From positions 620,001 to 684,000 of the forward strand of contig NW_020846063.1 of the NCBI RefSeq assembly GCF_003704095.1: a DNA stretch of 64,000 nucleotides, in the 5' to 3' direction. The first letter of the stretch is position 1, and each line of letters opens with the position of its first letter. Position numbers and translations under genes: made by a program. The notes below the pieces were generated by a model that was given only the letters and a program-made list of their open reading frames with translations, was not told where the DNA came from and made no database searches. This stretch comes from Pocillopora damicornis. Taxonomy: Eukaryota. This document shows, one piece after another, positions 1 through 11,235 of the stretch.

Positions 1-307
1 AAGCGTTACCGTTATCTTATCGTGTGACACAGTTAGCCGTGATTTCTCGGAAGCTTGTAAACTCTCGAAACCAAGCTAAACTTTACTATCCCGACCCTTG
101 TTATAACGAACTGGCAGCCTGTCCAGTGAGCGCATTGAACATGAATAATAAAATTAAACGAATCAGCTGTTGAATTTGAGAACAATAGGCCATTGATTGA
201 ATCACTGTCACGTGACAAGGTGGACTTTGCTAGAAAAATTCTTCAATCAATGTTGACGTCCCAGTTGGTGTTTCTAGGAAATCACTGATACCTCACAGAC
301 GACAAAC

Positions 308-3300
308 ATGCAGAAATCCCAAACGCGGGCCATTGTTTTGCCTTTTTGGACGTTTGCTGTCCTTGTAACGGCACTAGTTGGCCTATTCCCAGCGTTACTG
401 TATTGTATTGGTGAGATTGTAGTGCTGAAATCACGCTTTGAGCAACAACAGCAGACAATCGAGTACTTAGAAAACGTCACAGCGCATATTCAACGCAGAA
501 CTGTGGAAAACGATTTCTCGAGCGGCGAAACGCAAGAGGCTTACCAGAGTTCCAGGCTTACCATGAAATGGAAGGTTTGACGTTTTTACGTTTCCTTGGT
601 TGACAATTTTTATTTTGAACGACCTCGAGGTCTTAGAAACCGGTCGCTCAATTATACACACAATTGTCAAAGCTTGGCAGCTACTTAGGAACGCAAAGCA
701 CAATTACTCATTCTTTATCGGGTTTACACAAGACCTTAACGTTAATTGAAATCGTTTCTACACTAACTCAGAGTTAGTCCACGTAGGTATCTACAAGAAA
801 ACCAAGCTAGATATTTATTTGTGGAAAACTAAACGTCATTTCCGCATTGTACATTGTTTAGGAAAGCGAAATACGACTGATGAGACAGAGGAGGGACACT
901 GGTTCACGAAAAAATGATTCATGCCGCTGCAGGCGAGGTAGATATATCACTGAGATTTTCATCCAGTTTATACAAAACTACAAAATATAACAAAAAGAAT
1001 GGGACTAGGCGCAAGTCAATATCGGCTTGGGGTGTTATTTAGCAGCCTTAGATAGAGGGCTAGTGCATCGAGTTTATAAAATCCCCTCTCCCCCCCTTTC
1101 CCTGCCCAACACCCTTCCCCTTTTGTAAAGAGTCTGGGGCGCGAGAAAGTAGCAATGTTCATTCTGAATGAGAAGACAAGCAGCCAAATAAGCGGTCCAA
1201 AAAGCCCAGGGTTCGTGATAAAATGATAAAAAATTGGCCATACATATTTTTGCTTAAAACACTGTTTCTCGGCAATGAGGCATCCTAGAGGCACACACAA
1301 ATTATGCTTTTCCCTGGGAACAGACATTTCNNNNNNNNNNNNNNNNNNNNNNNNNNNNNNNNNNNNCCCCCCCCCCCAACGACCTTCGGCTCCAGTTCAA
1401 TTGCATTCCTAGCAGTTTATTCCTTACTCTAGCGTTTCACTTTTTCCGTCTAAATACACAGCCTACAAGAAGAGATTTGTAAAATGAGGCACTTCTTCAA
1501 TTGTTCGCATAATGATTATTTTGCCTTTACTCGAGCTGTTGGCTGAAGTCCATGAAAAGCTTATTTCTCGGAAGTCCTCTCTTACATCAAAAATCGCTTT
1601 TTGAACGAGGTGTGAAATTCAATCCTGCGACAGCCCTAAAATAAGAAAGCTGTTCGTTTTGCAATTAATTCTAAAAGAAAGGAAAAAAAAAGGTTTTACT
1701 TGCGACCTAATTTGCTTTTTATAACTTTCTCTGGATGATTCAAATTTTGTTGTTATGATATACAGTTACATAACTTGAGGTCAGGTATTGGGTCACTTTG
1801 GATAGTGGTTTATTTTGAAACTATATATATCGAAACAAAGCTTTATTAGCTTACCAAGGATATTGTTCCTGTAAGACAATACAGTTCAGATGTGGTCTGG
1901 CACGTTCTTGACCTTGGAGTCTCAATTCTAAACAATGTCTAGAAGCAATATCAATTTGCCTTGCAAAATTAAAATTCTGTTTTGAAAGCAGCTCTTTTTG
2001 ATAAAGACTATGGTTTAAGCTTCATGTACCAAAGAAAGTGAGGTCCTATAAAATGAGTCTTAAACGAATTTTAATGTCAGTTTATGCATGTTTTGGTACT
2101 TCACGTAATGACTTAAACGTCACGTACTGTAAGGGATAACTTGTCACGTGAAACAAAAAATACGGAGTGACCAGACACGTATATTCACGTTACACAAGTC
2201 TTTCTGTAAAAAAAAAGTTTTTCTATTTTAGGTCGTAAAGGAGAGCGGGGACCAAAAGGACAGAAAGGTGATGTTAAATGAAGGGGGGAAGTTGATGTTA
2301 TAATTTTGAAAAGTCATCCTTAATCGTACGAATTTCATATCTATTTTTCCATTCACACAAAAGCTTAAACGTGTCTTAAAGCAGTTTTGTTAAACACGAT
2401 TTAAATTTGTTTTCTTCATAGAAGCAGCTTAAACCGATGTTTGTCGACTTCAAATTTAGCACATTAAAGTACAAGTTAGTGACTACTTGAAGCCGATGGA
2501 AAATTCAGTTTTTCAGCTCTCTGTATCTTATTTTCATTCAATTAATCCGGATTTAACTAAACATGTCTTACTAGAGTGAATGGGGTATATGAAACTTAAG
2601 ACTGTTGTCAGAGCCAGCAAAGCAAGTGCTTAAATTATTCGTATATTTGAGCGCGAGTCTTTTTAATGTTTACAAATAGACACGCGCGGACATACGCAAA
2701 GAGGACATTTATCCTCGCGGTATCTTTTCCTATGTGTGCGCCTTTGTGATTCGCTTGCTGTTTAAGCGCATGACTAGGATGTAATTAGGAGTAGCCTCTA
2801 GGTCAAGATCCTGTGTAGAAACTTGTTATATTCAATTCAACAGAGGCTCTAATGTGTGTAAATAACAATCTGCTTTTTTTCTGTGCAGGATCGACCGGAC
2901 GAAAGGGAAGGGCAGGTAAAAAAACTTGTTTTTCAAAACTAGAAAGAAAAAGTACTTGTATCTCTTTTAAATACTGCATCCAGTTACGATTGTGGCGGGA
3001 AAAATATAATTTGTTGAGTAACCTACAATCTTACGAAATGTTGTCATGGTCATGAAAGATCAACACCACCATGATCGTCATCATCACCAGCATCATTATC
3101 ATTATCGTTAGCGGATCCCTTTAATCAACAACTTGAGTAGAACGTGTATACATATCATACAGGCGCGGTTACCGAACCGAAAGCACTTTTCTTATTCGTT
3201 TCGTTTTTTTTTTTTCCTCAGGACCGAAAGGTGACACGGGAGCACTCGGCAACACTGGACCGCCGGGAAGGGATGGACAGAAAGGGAAAATGGGTACGTG

Positions 3301-5049
3301 CGTTGTGTTTACTTTAATTAGTAATGGCAGCTCACCAAGACTGCCGCTAGGAATCTTGTCTAAAGCTTCAGATGGTCTCATACCACCGTTCCTTACTTTA
3401 AAATACTAGTCTTGATCGATCCCCTCAAGATAAGATATTTTCTCTTCTTAAGACATTCAAAAACAATGGACGAATAACCTCTTACCTAGGTCTCTATTGC
3501 TTCTCTTTCAGGTGAGCGAGGAGAGCCTGGGCCTCCAGGTAGTGCAGAAGTCTCTACTGGGCACCTACACAAAATATATGATAGCTCTGATTAAAATTTT
3601 TTCTTGGAAATGCACCATTCATCAGTTCCACTTACCATTTCATATAAAAAAGCGGCTGTCTCGTCAAGTGCGTAATTCAATCTGAATAGGAATGACACAC
3701 ATGGCACATTTTGTGGACTAAAACGAAAAAACCGGAGCAAAATTTGAGAAAACGAGCCACATAAAGGCCAAGTTTTTTAACTTTTCCTGTTTATCTTTTC
3801 TTATATTACTGCACTGAGTGTTTGCACACCAGTCATAAGTGTAATCAAATGGTTTTTATTGACAATTTCTTTGCCTTTACGTTTAAAACAGGACAACCAG
3901 GCTCAATGTTTCGGGTGAGTGTTTCTTACAATATATTGATGATGATATGCCTCTTTTTTCGCCCATTGGTTTTGTACTAAATACTTAAACACTAACTCTC
4001 TGCGGGTGATTTTTCTTAATTTTAAATTTTAAGTCTTGATGATACCACTAAGATTATCCTGCTTGAATTCATTTCCTCAAACTTTTGTTTGTATCTCAAT
4101 TCAGTCCACAGACTCGGCTCACATCGTTGGTTATGGTGAGCACATAAATCCCCCAAGAGGTACAACAAAATGTTAGTGTTAATCTCTTTTCTATTTTCTG
4201 GGTTTTTGTGAACGTGCACTATATAATAGCCTCGAAGTTACGCATAATTATTTTTAAGGCAAAGTCGAGTTGACTTACAACGTCAGGCGATCTGATCATT
4301 GCGAACTGTGAACAACCTTCGTTTTTAGCGCGCAAAGGAAAATCCTTATCATCGATCCTTCAAAGGCGATGTTATTAGAGAGATGACATTAGGAATAGGT
4401 ACTCGTTGAAATCATCAATTTCCCTGAGTCATGGTGAAATTATGATGATTATTCATACTTGTCTTTTAACTTTTACAAATTCAAATTCTTTCCTAGACGC
4501 ACATGGGGTGAGAGAGGAGCGGGGGGGGGGNNNNNNNNNNGAAGGTTCCAGCGATAGCATTTAACCTCCTATCTCCTCCGTACCCCTAGCAACGCCCATT
4601 GTACCAATTTTGAAATTAACACCCTCTTCTCTCTGCTCTCCTCAGTCCACCGCATCACGAACTGGAAACTAGGCCACATAACCGGTAGTATCAAATTCGT
4701 CAGCAACAGCTTCCTTGTGATTGGCACAACTGGCTACTACTTCGTGTACAGCCAACTCTTCTATTATGCAGGGGACACTCTCCTTATGGGCCATTACACA
4801 TACATCAACGAGGAACCGGTCATGCGCAGTCTGAGCAGTGTCGTCAGCGAGGAGAGAAAGTACAACACGAATTATCACGGCGCAGTGTTCATGCTCAGAA
4901 GCGGTGACAAAATATCTGTGCGCATCCCGTTCACAAAGTCCTACTTCATGCATAAGGAAACCAGTTATTTTGGTGCTTTCCTTATCAGCCCCGTGTTAAA
5001 CACGACCAGTTTTGTTCGAACGACTAACACAACTCAGGATTTCCCATAG
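308..5049 (+). CDS. EDA: Ectodysplasin-A-like TNF-superfamily ligand (type II TM, furin site, collagen stalk, TNF homology domain), about 328 aa
   Basis: Phase-consistent exons 308-574, 862-937, 2232-2267, 2889-2915, 3222-3293, 3512-3538, 3892-3914, 4105-4159 (alternative donor at 4135), 4646-5049; total 987 nt. N-terminal TM FWTFAVLVTALVGLFPALLYCIG; furin RQRR and CRC in exon 2; 20 uninterrupted Gly-X-Y triplets; TNF motifs SAHIVG, GYYFVYSQLFY, GAVFMLRSGDKISV, SYFGAFLI. The symbol reflects architecture only; orthology is untested. Confidence 0.88.
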
Positions 5050-5504
5050 AGCGGTTTTCAATCGAGTGTTGAAAGTTAAGTAATGCGGAAATGAAATGTT
5101 TTTTTTTTACTTCGCACCGTGATTGATTTGAAAATCTTGTTCCACTCTCTCGACCAATGAGATGAAAAACAAAAACAAATCGTTGACTTGGCATTCACCT
5201 TTTCCCCAGCTCGCCTCAAGCAATTAAGGTGGGGGAGGGGGGGATTGGAAGATTTTGGGGATCACATGCTTTTCAGGGAGAGGAGATAGGTGTGAAAAAC
5301 ATTACAGAGCTAAGGGAGGATCAGGTAAATTTATCGTACAAATACCAAAATCTTCCGAACCCCCACCCCTCAGGGGATAAATAAAGACATGTCCCTAAGC
5401 TTGTTTTTACATCAGATTTTCATTTCCTCTACTACTACTTTGCTTTGATTGGCTGTTGTCATTATTTTGGTTTGGTTTTAGCGACACTCGATCGAAATGC
5501 GCAA
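5047..5504. mobile_element. MITE with imperfect TIRs (tagagcggttttcaatcgagtgt ... acactcgatcgaaatgcgc), with a second repeat nested at about 5225-5400
   Basis: Imperfect terminal inverted repeats. Related copies at about 15600-15872, 35570-35840, 43295-43510 and 44150-44400. The nested segment (attacagagc...ggtaaat...aaaatc...gataaataa) recurs at about 14560-14680. Confidence 0.6.
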
Positions 5505-8500
5505 TGACCTTGAAGTACAAGTTATACGTTCATTTTGTAGACTTAAATGTTTGAAACTTTATCTAGTAACAAGTTTATCAGCAGAGTTTCTATTACTTGA
5601 ATAACGTCACATACAGAAAGTCAAAAGTGTTAGGAAAGGGAAAAGTTCTTTTTCATAGTGCACTGTTCAACTCAAATATAAACAAATCTGCGTTTGCGAA
5701 TACTTCTCGCAGGCGGACACCTGCTATATGCATACGACGATTATTTTACATTTTTATTTGCTCTTTGTGACGTGCAAAATTCCCTACCAAGTGAAGGAGA
5801 CGACAACATATTACTTCGGAAAGTTGGAAAAAAATGGAAAGAATAAGCCAGTTAGAATGGTGTAGATTTAAAAAAAATTCTAATGAGATTCTTGAAAACG
5901 TACTCCAAAGTTTCAAGATTCCAAAAAAAGCGCAATAGTTCCTTCAAGTTCCCAAACTTAAGAAAAAAAAAGTTTCGGTGGTCTTTGACAACTGAATTTC
6001 GATTTTCAGGTTACTTCTCGCATGTTACGTTCTGCAGTTATCACAATATACAAAAATAAGAAATTATTACAATAGTTTTATGTCTTTAAAACATGACCGT
6101 ATTTATTTTGGCGGACGTATACAGTGCACGTGTAATCGTTCAGTTGCGTGATGCAAACGTTAATAGCATCTCCCCTTCCCACCCCTCGTGAGGAGGTGGA
6201 AAGGCGACGGGGAGGGCCTGAGGAAGGTTGTGCGTGAGTCACATCAAGGGTATGCGTCAATGTTTTTAGTATTGTTGTTCTTGAGGTCATCCAACTTTAA
6301 GGTCATCTTCGTTGTCTGTATTTACAGTAACGCACAATGCTTGTGACCCTTACAGTGAACAAGTTATACGTCTGCCAAAAGAAACACGGGACCTTAATAA
6401 TGTTTTAAAATTATCGAAGTATGCGTAAGGTGCCTAGTAAATTGCAAGGAATTATATACACATATATAATTATATACAATATAATTATATATTTTTGAGG
6501 GAAAATCTTGCAGAATCAGTTGTAAGTTTTGGTGTTGGTATATCTTGCAAAAACTTAAATTGGTTTTAAATGAGGGGTTTGTCAATACAGAGTAGAGGAG
6601 ACCTGTCGGTTTTGATAACCGTCATTCGGATGATTGCACACTAATTAGAATTCTGTTGTAAATAAACACATGTAAATGCCTACCATCACAAGTTTTACAA
6701 GGGTGTGTGCCTTCACTTGTCACGCTAGGCATAACAGAGTATGACCTAGTGTTTCGTTTTATTTTCACTATCATTAGAAGCAAATTAATTGAGGTGAGAA
6801 AATTTAAGGGTGAGGTTACCCACAAGAATACGTATACGTCGGTTGTCCCTGTAAAAAAAATCCAAGGAATGTTGCGGGCTCCGTTGTTCTTCAAGACCAG
6901 AAAAATTACAGAAGCAGAACTTGCGTAAGAGCCGGGGAATGCGTTGTGTTGCATAATTTAGCATGTGTGCTTTCAGTTCTCATTGCTCTAACGAAAATAC
7001 ATCTCATTTTTTTCTCTGATTTTTCTGTCTCTCCGGGCGAGAGGTACAATGTGTTTATATTTGCATGCAACAGAAGGATAAACCATTTTATTTTTGCTTA
7101 AGAAAAAGTTCTATCGCAATTTGAAGGCAGGGGGTTCATACCCTGACAGAGCAGAAGTCATTTCCGCACGTTTTCGAGCGATGAGAATGTTCGTCCCTTC
7201 TCTCTCCCACATTACTTTTTTCACTCTTCTTCCTTTGATGTTTGTGTAATGTTTGACGATTTTTACTCTCTCTTGAGCTCAAACAAAGGAGGATTATATT
7301 TCTCATTTAAACGCCTTCTTTCGTCCTAAAATCTTCGTAAAATCAGCATTTCGGTAATTTGCTCATTTTCAATCTGCATGTTTGAGGTTGAGAACGGAAA
7401 GTATGATTCAATTCCCTTTTGAACATGGAGTTGAACTTCTTAAACAATAATCAGCACGTTCATAAATAACTTTACTGCGATTACAATCGATTGTAGACTT
7501 GCAAGCAATATCGAGTTGTTTGTCACGCAGAAATTAAAGCTTACGTTAGCATAATAATGTCTCTTGTGATCTTTTGCGGAAAGATGGTGCTGAGATCGCT
7601 AAAATTTTGCTTTTAAATAGACTAGACAGTGTTTCTATGGCAAACGGTTTTCACGTCTTGGAAGACAACAATTTTATAAACAATTCGATGGTCAATGATA
7701 ATCACAACCGTATTTGTAATAACAAATCGAACGAAACGAAGGCAACTGTTAAGAGTTTTTATCGACGATAAATGCAAAAAAAAAGAATAATTCGTGAAGT
7801 ATTATGTTTTTCTAATCGAACAACCGTGCAAATATGTAAGAGTTCGACGAAATAAATTATCTATCTTAAGACAGCCCGAGAGTTTGCTGTAAAAGCCTAA
7901 AACGAAATAGAGACCGTTAAATGAGGACCGGACGTTTGAGACAGTCGAACCTAGCGAAGTTTGTTCGTGACTGATAAGAGTTTCCGCCCAGAACACTTAT
8001 ATGTACACCGCATTAAGATTCATAAACATATCTTACCTTGAAAACACTTCAGCATTCATGTCCTTTTGTCAGAAATTAAGGTAAATTAGCCCTTTTTACC
8101 TCGTGTACGAGAAGACGAAATACATATGTGCTGACAAAGTACATTCCTCTAACTTGGGTGGGGGATTCCCCAATCAGTTGATGGTCAATTATTATTTTAT
8201 CCGAGGGGTACTGGGTCCATCAAGGGGCTGGAGATTATTTGTAAGCAAAATTTTTTAAACTTGCCGGCTTTCAGCGGGATTTTCAGCTCCACAGTTCAAA
8301 GAAAATCATTAATTTGTTGAAAGAATAGGAACGTTTGAACCAAAAAGCGATGCGTTGAGATCGACGTGGAGAAAAAGGGTACGAAAGGTTTGAATGAAAG
8401 ATCGAATTCAAGTGCGGAAATAGGTATTTTAGGCGCCCGGTCTTATTCAAGAGACAGAATATAATTTTCATTTCGATATTGATAGAAAATAAATCTCTTC

Positions 8501-8597
8501 ATTTCATTTTGGAAGAAACCAATGACGTGGCCGACACCGACTAAAAAAAAAAGTGGGAATCAATCGCATAGATTTGTCCATTAGACCACATTTGGAA

Positions 8598-8758
8598 CTA
8601 ACTAGACGTTATATAAACGTCTTCATATAAACACACACACAACCCACAATTCCTCTAATCGCTCTGACGAAGGGCTAACGCTCGAAACGTCGGCTTTTTT
8701 ACTCTTTACGGCGGCCAATTTACGTTTTCAACTCAGTTGTTAACGCTAACTAGACGTT
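8598..8758 (+). mobile_element. Penelope-like retroelement terminal fragment with 13-bp target site duplication
   Basis: Flanked by direct repeats ctaactagacgtt (8598-8610 and 8746-8758). Same family in reverse orientation at 29635-29695 and 32205-32439. Confidence 0.7.
8661..8696 (+). ncRNA. Minimal type I hammerhead ribozyme motif (Penelope-type)
   Basis: gct-CTGACGA-a-GGGC-taac-GCTC-GAAA-cGTC-ggc: core CUGANGA and GAAA, 4-bp stem II, palindromic ACGU stem III, GUC cleavage triplet, short stem I (GCU/GGC). Confidence 0.65.
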
Positions 8759-9098
8759 TGCATGCATGGCTTAACACACATATAAGATCGAAATGACATT
8801 TAGTTCAATTCGCTGACACATTCTGAGACACAAATTCAGGTTATTTCCGCCTGGGCGATGGCATTGGTCCCCTAAAATTTGTATAAAGTTGTGCTTAAGA
8901 AACTAGGCTTCGACCTTTCATGGGGCTCGAAGCTCACCCTAACACGGGAGCTCTTTGTTCCACCCCGGCAGATTTGATCACAAATGACTAGTATGAGAAA
9001 TTAATCTTTTTAGACCAACGGATGAGTGTTGAGTCAATTCATGCAGATTATAACTAAAAAAAAGGCAAAAACAAAAACATTTCATGCAGTTACGTTCG

Positions 9099-9322
9099 AT
9101 ATCAGAGATAAAGGAAGTGTAAGTCAGTCTTCACTCATCTTCTGATTTCTCTCCACAGTGTACTACAAACTCCTGATGAGATTGAAACTTCAAGAATTTG
9201 CCAATTTTGAATATCAGAGATACAGGAAGTGTGAGTCAGTCTTCCGTCATCTTCTGATTTCTCTCCACAGTGTACTACAAACCCCTGATGAGATTGAAAC
9301 TTCAAGAATTTGCCAATTTTGA
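9099..9322 (+). repeat. Two tandem copies of a 112-bp unit
   Basis: atatcagagata...ttgccaattttga starts at 9099 and again at 9211 with few mismatches; CTGATGA at 9173 and 9285. Confidence 0.9.
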
Positions 9323-11235
9323 ATCGAAGCAGCAAAATCTCAGAAGTGATATCAAAAGCTCTGGCAAACTGTCAGGAGAATTAAGAGTTTGACGGTGGAC
9401 TATTTAGAGCATTCACGCTGTATTGTGATCCTGTCTTACCCGCTGAACTGGACTGAAATCTTTCGAATTAATTAAACGTCGCGCATTGATTGGTTCGTAC
9501 AATTTTATTGTGACGTTTATTTGAATAGAGAAACCACTTTCACTTTCTATTCCTCGTTCCGTTCATCTCTTTACCATTACACCCTTTGAAGGGCTAAGCG
9601 TTTTCTCGATGTGTTTAAAGAGGCAAATTTAGCATCTGTATAATTTAAGTTATGGTTGTCTCTTTTTTCTTTTGAGGTTGTTAAAATGTTCTTTGGAAAC
9701 TGTGGTTAAAGATAAAAGTGAGTTTAAAGAACTAAAAATAAGGGCAGTCGCATGTCACCGCTTGGTTGAGTTTCTCAGAATAATAGTAATTCATTCATGA
9801 GCAGGACCAAAGGTAAGCACTTCTTTCATCATGATATGATATAACTTATTAAATTTCCTACGTTTTAGGACATTCGAAGTAAAAAAAGAAACCAACTACA
9901 TCCGGAACCCGTCGAGTACCATGCGATGAAACGTTCCTACAAGCTAAAAGCGATCGACTAAGCGATTTGTAGAATTTGGCCATTTCCGGGCTGTTGCTCA
10001 CGCAATCAAAGCTTAAAGTTTTTCTTCTGTTATTGTGTTTTTCTCTTTCCAACAGCTAGCATTTATTCCATTTGTATGCTACAGATTTGACAGGTTTCAC
10101 AGGAGCTGAGCTAGGGTCTTGAATGATTTATCTTACAAAGAGTTTACTTTACACAACAACGCTGTGCTGTAGAAAATGTCCTTTCAGTCAGCTTTGAATG
10201 CACTTTCCAAGTATTGTTTTAAGAAATCGGCTGTTGATAGAAAGAAAACGATTTCATGTGCTTTAAAAAATATTTTTTTTTAACGAAATTCCCATTATCA
10301 AGCTTGATACCTTTCATCAATCATTGGTTTCTAAGAAATAATGAAAAATTTGCGAGTGCGCACGCGTTATCTCATCTACGGTTTCCGCCAGTTCAGTTTA
10401 GTATCATGAAAATTCAAATATCTCACTCTGGCTTAAAAATTCAACTCATAGCTAAATCCTTATCTGGTTTGAAATGTAGTTTGCATGCGAAGTTTTGAAT
10501 TGATCTTGTGTGGAATTGGTTCTCCGTCCACAATCCTGCAATCCATTCTGGTTGAAATTTTCCACGGTTGACAGCGCTAATCGACAAGGTCGGATACGAA
10601 CTCTTCTTTGGAACCATTAAGCTGGTGTGATTAATCTGAACGCGTTGGTCCTATATACTGAAGGTTTCTTGCTTTCTACGACTTTGAAATGATCTCTAAC
10701 GTGGCAACGCAAAGCTCGAATACATGTAATGATATGCATAAGGAGCTCTGTGTACTAATTAGATAGGTTGCAATTGACTAATGTGAAATCATGCATTTCT
10801 TTTCCTTCCTTAATTTCGTGATTCAATCCGTTTACTAGAAAAATCCACTGTGCGATGAAATGGCCTGTGACAGCTACAAGCTGACAATGTCTTACGTTTG
10901 ATATACACATTGTTTTGATCTTCCATTGTTATCTTTGTTAGCTGAGTCAAAGGTAAACATTAAGCCACTTTGCATAATAATACTTAGGTAGCTCTAGGCT
11001 TCTCAGAAATCGTAGCCTTTCGGTGAAAATAGATGTCAAAATGGAGTCCGCAGCCCTCATGAAACCATGACTCAAAAATGATGGCGTAATAAACATTGGT
11101 CACGTGTCCAATGTTGTATGCGGCAGAGCAATCGGTGCACGTATCGTAATTCAATGAAATTCTTCAGCTTCCTTGAGATATATAAGTCAAAAGCAGCAGA
11201 CACGACGGGTCATTTTCAAGGAAATACGGAACGCG

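Noticed and set aside
1331-1378. Poly-C or poly-G runs next to N gaps (also about 4520, 33135, 62566)
   Set aside because: Typical sequencing dropouts at G/C homopolymers; no biological claim is possible.
6078-6954. Overlapping short ORFs between the TNF genes
   Set aside because: No recognisable motif or splice structure; likely chance ORFs or old repeat.
9800-9818. Possible collagen micro-exon (caggaccaaag/gtaagc)
   Set aside because: No polypyrimidine tract, outside either gene model, too short to support.
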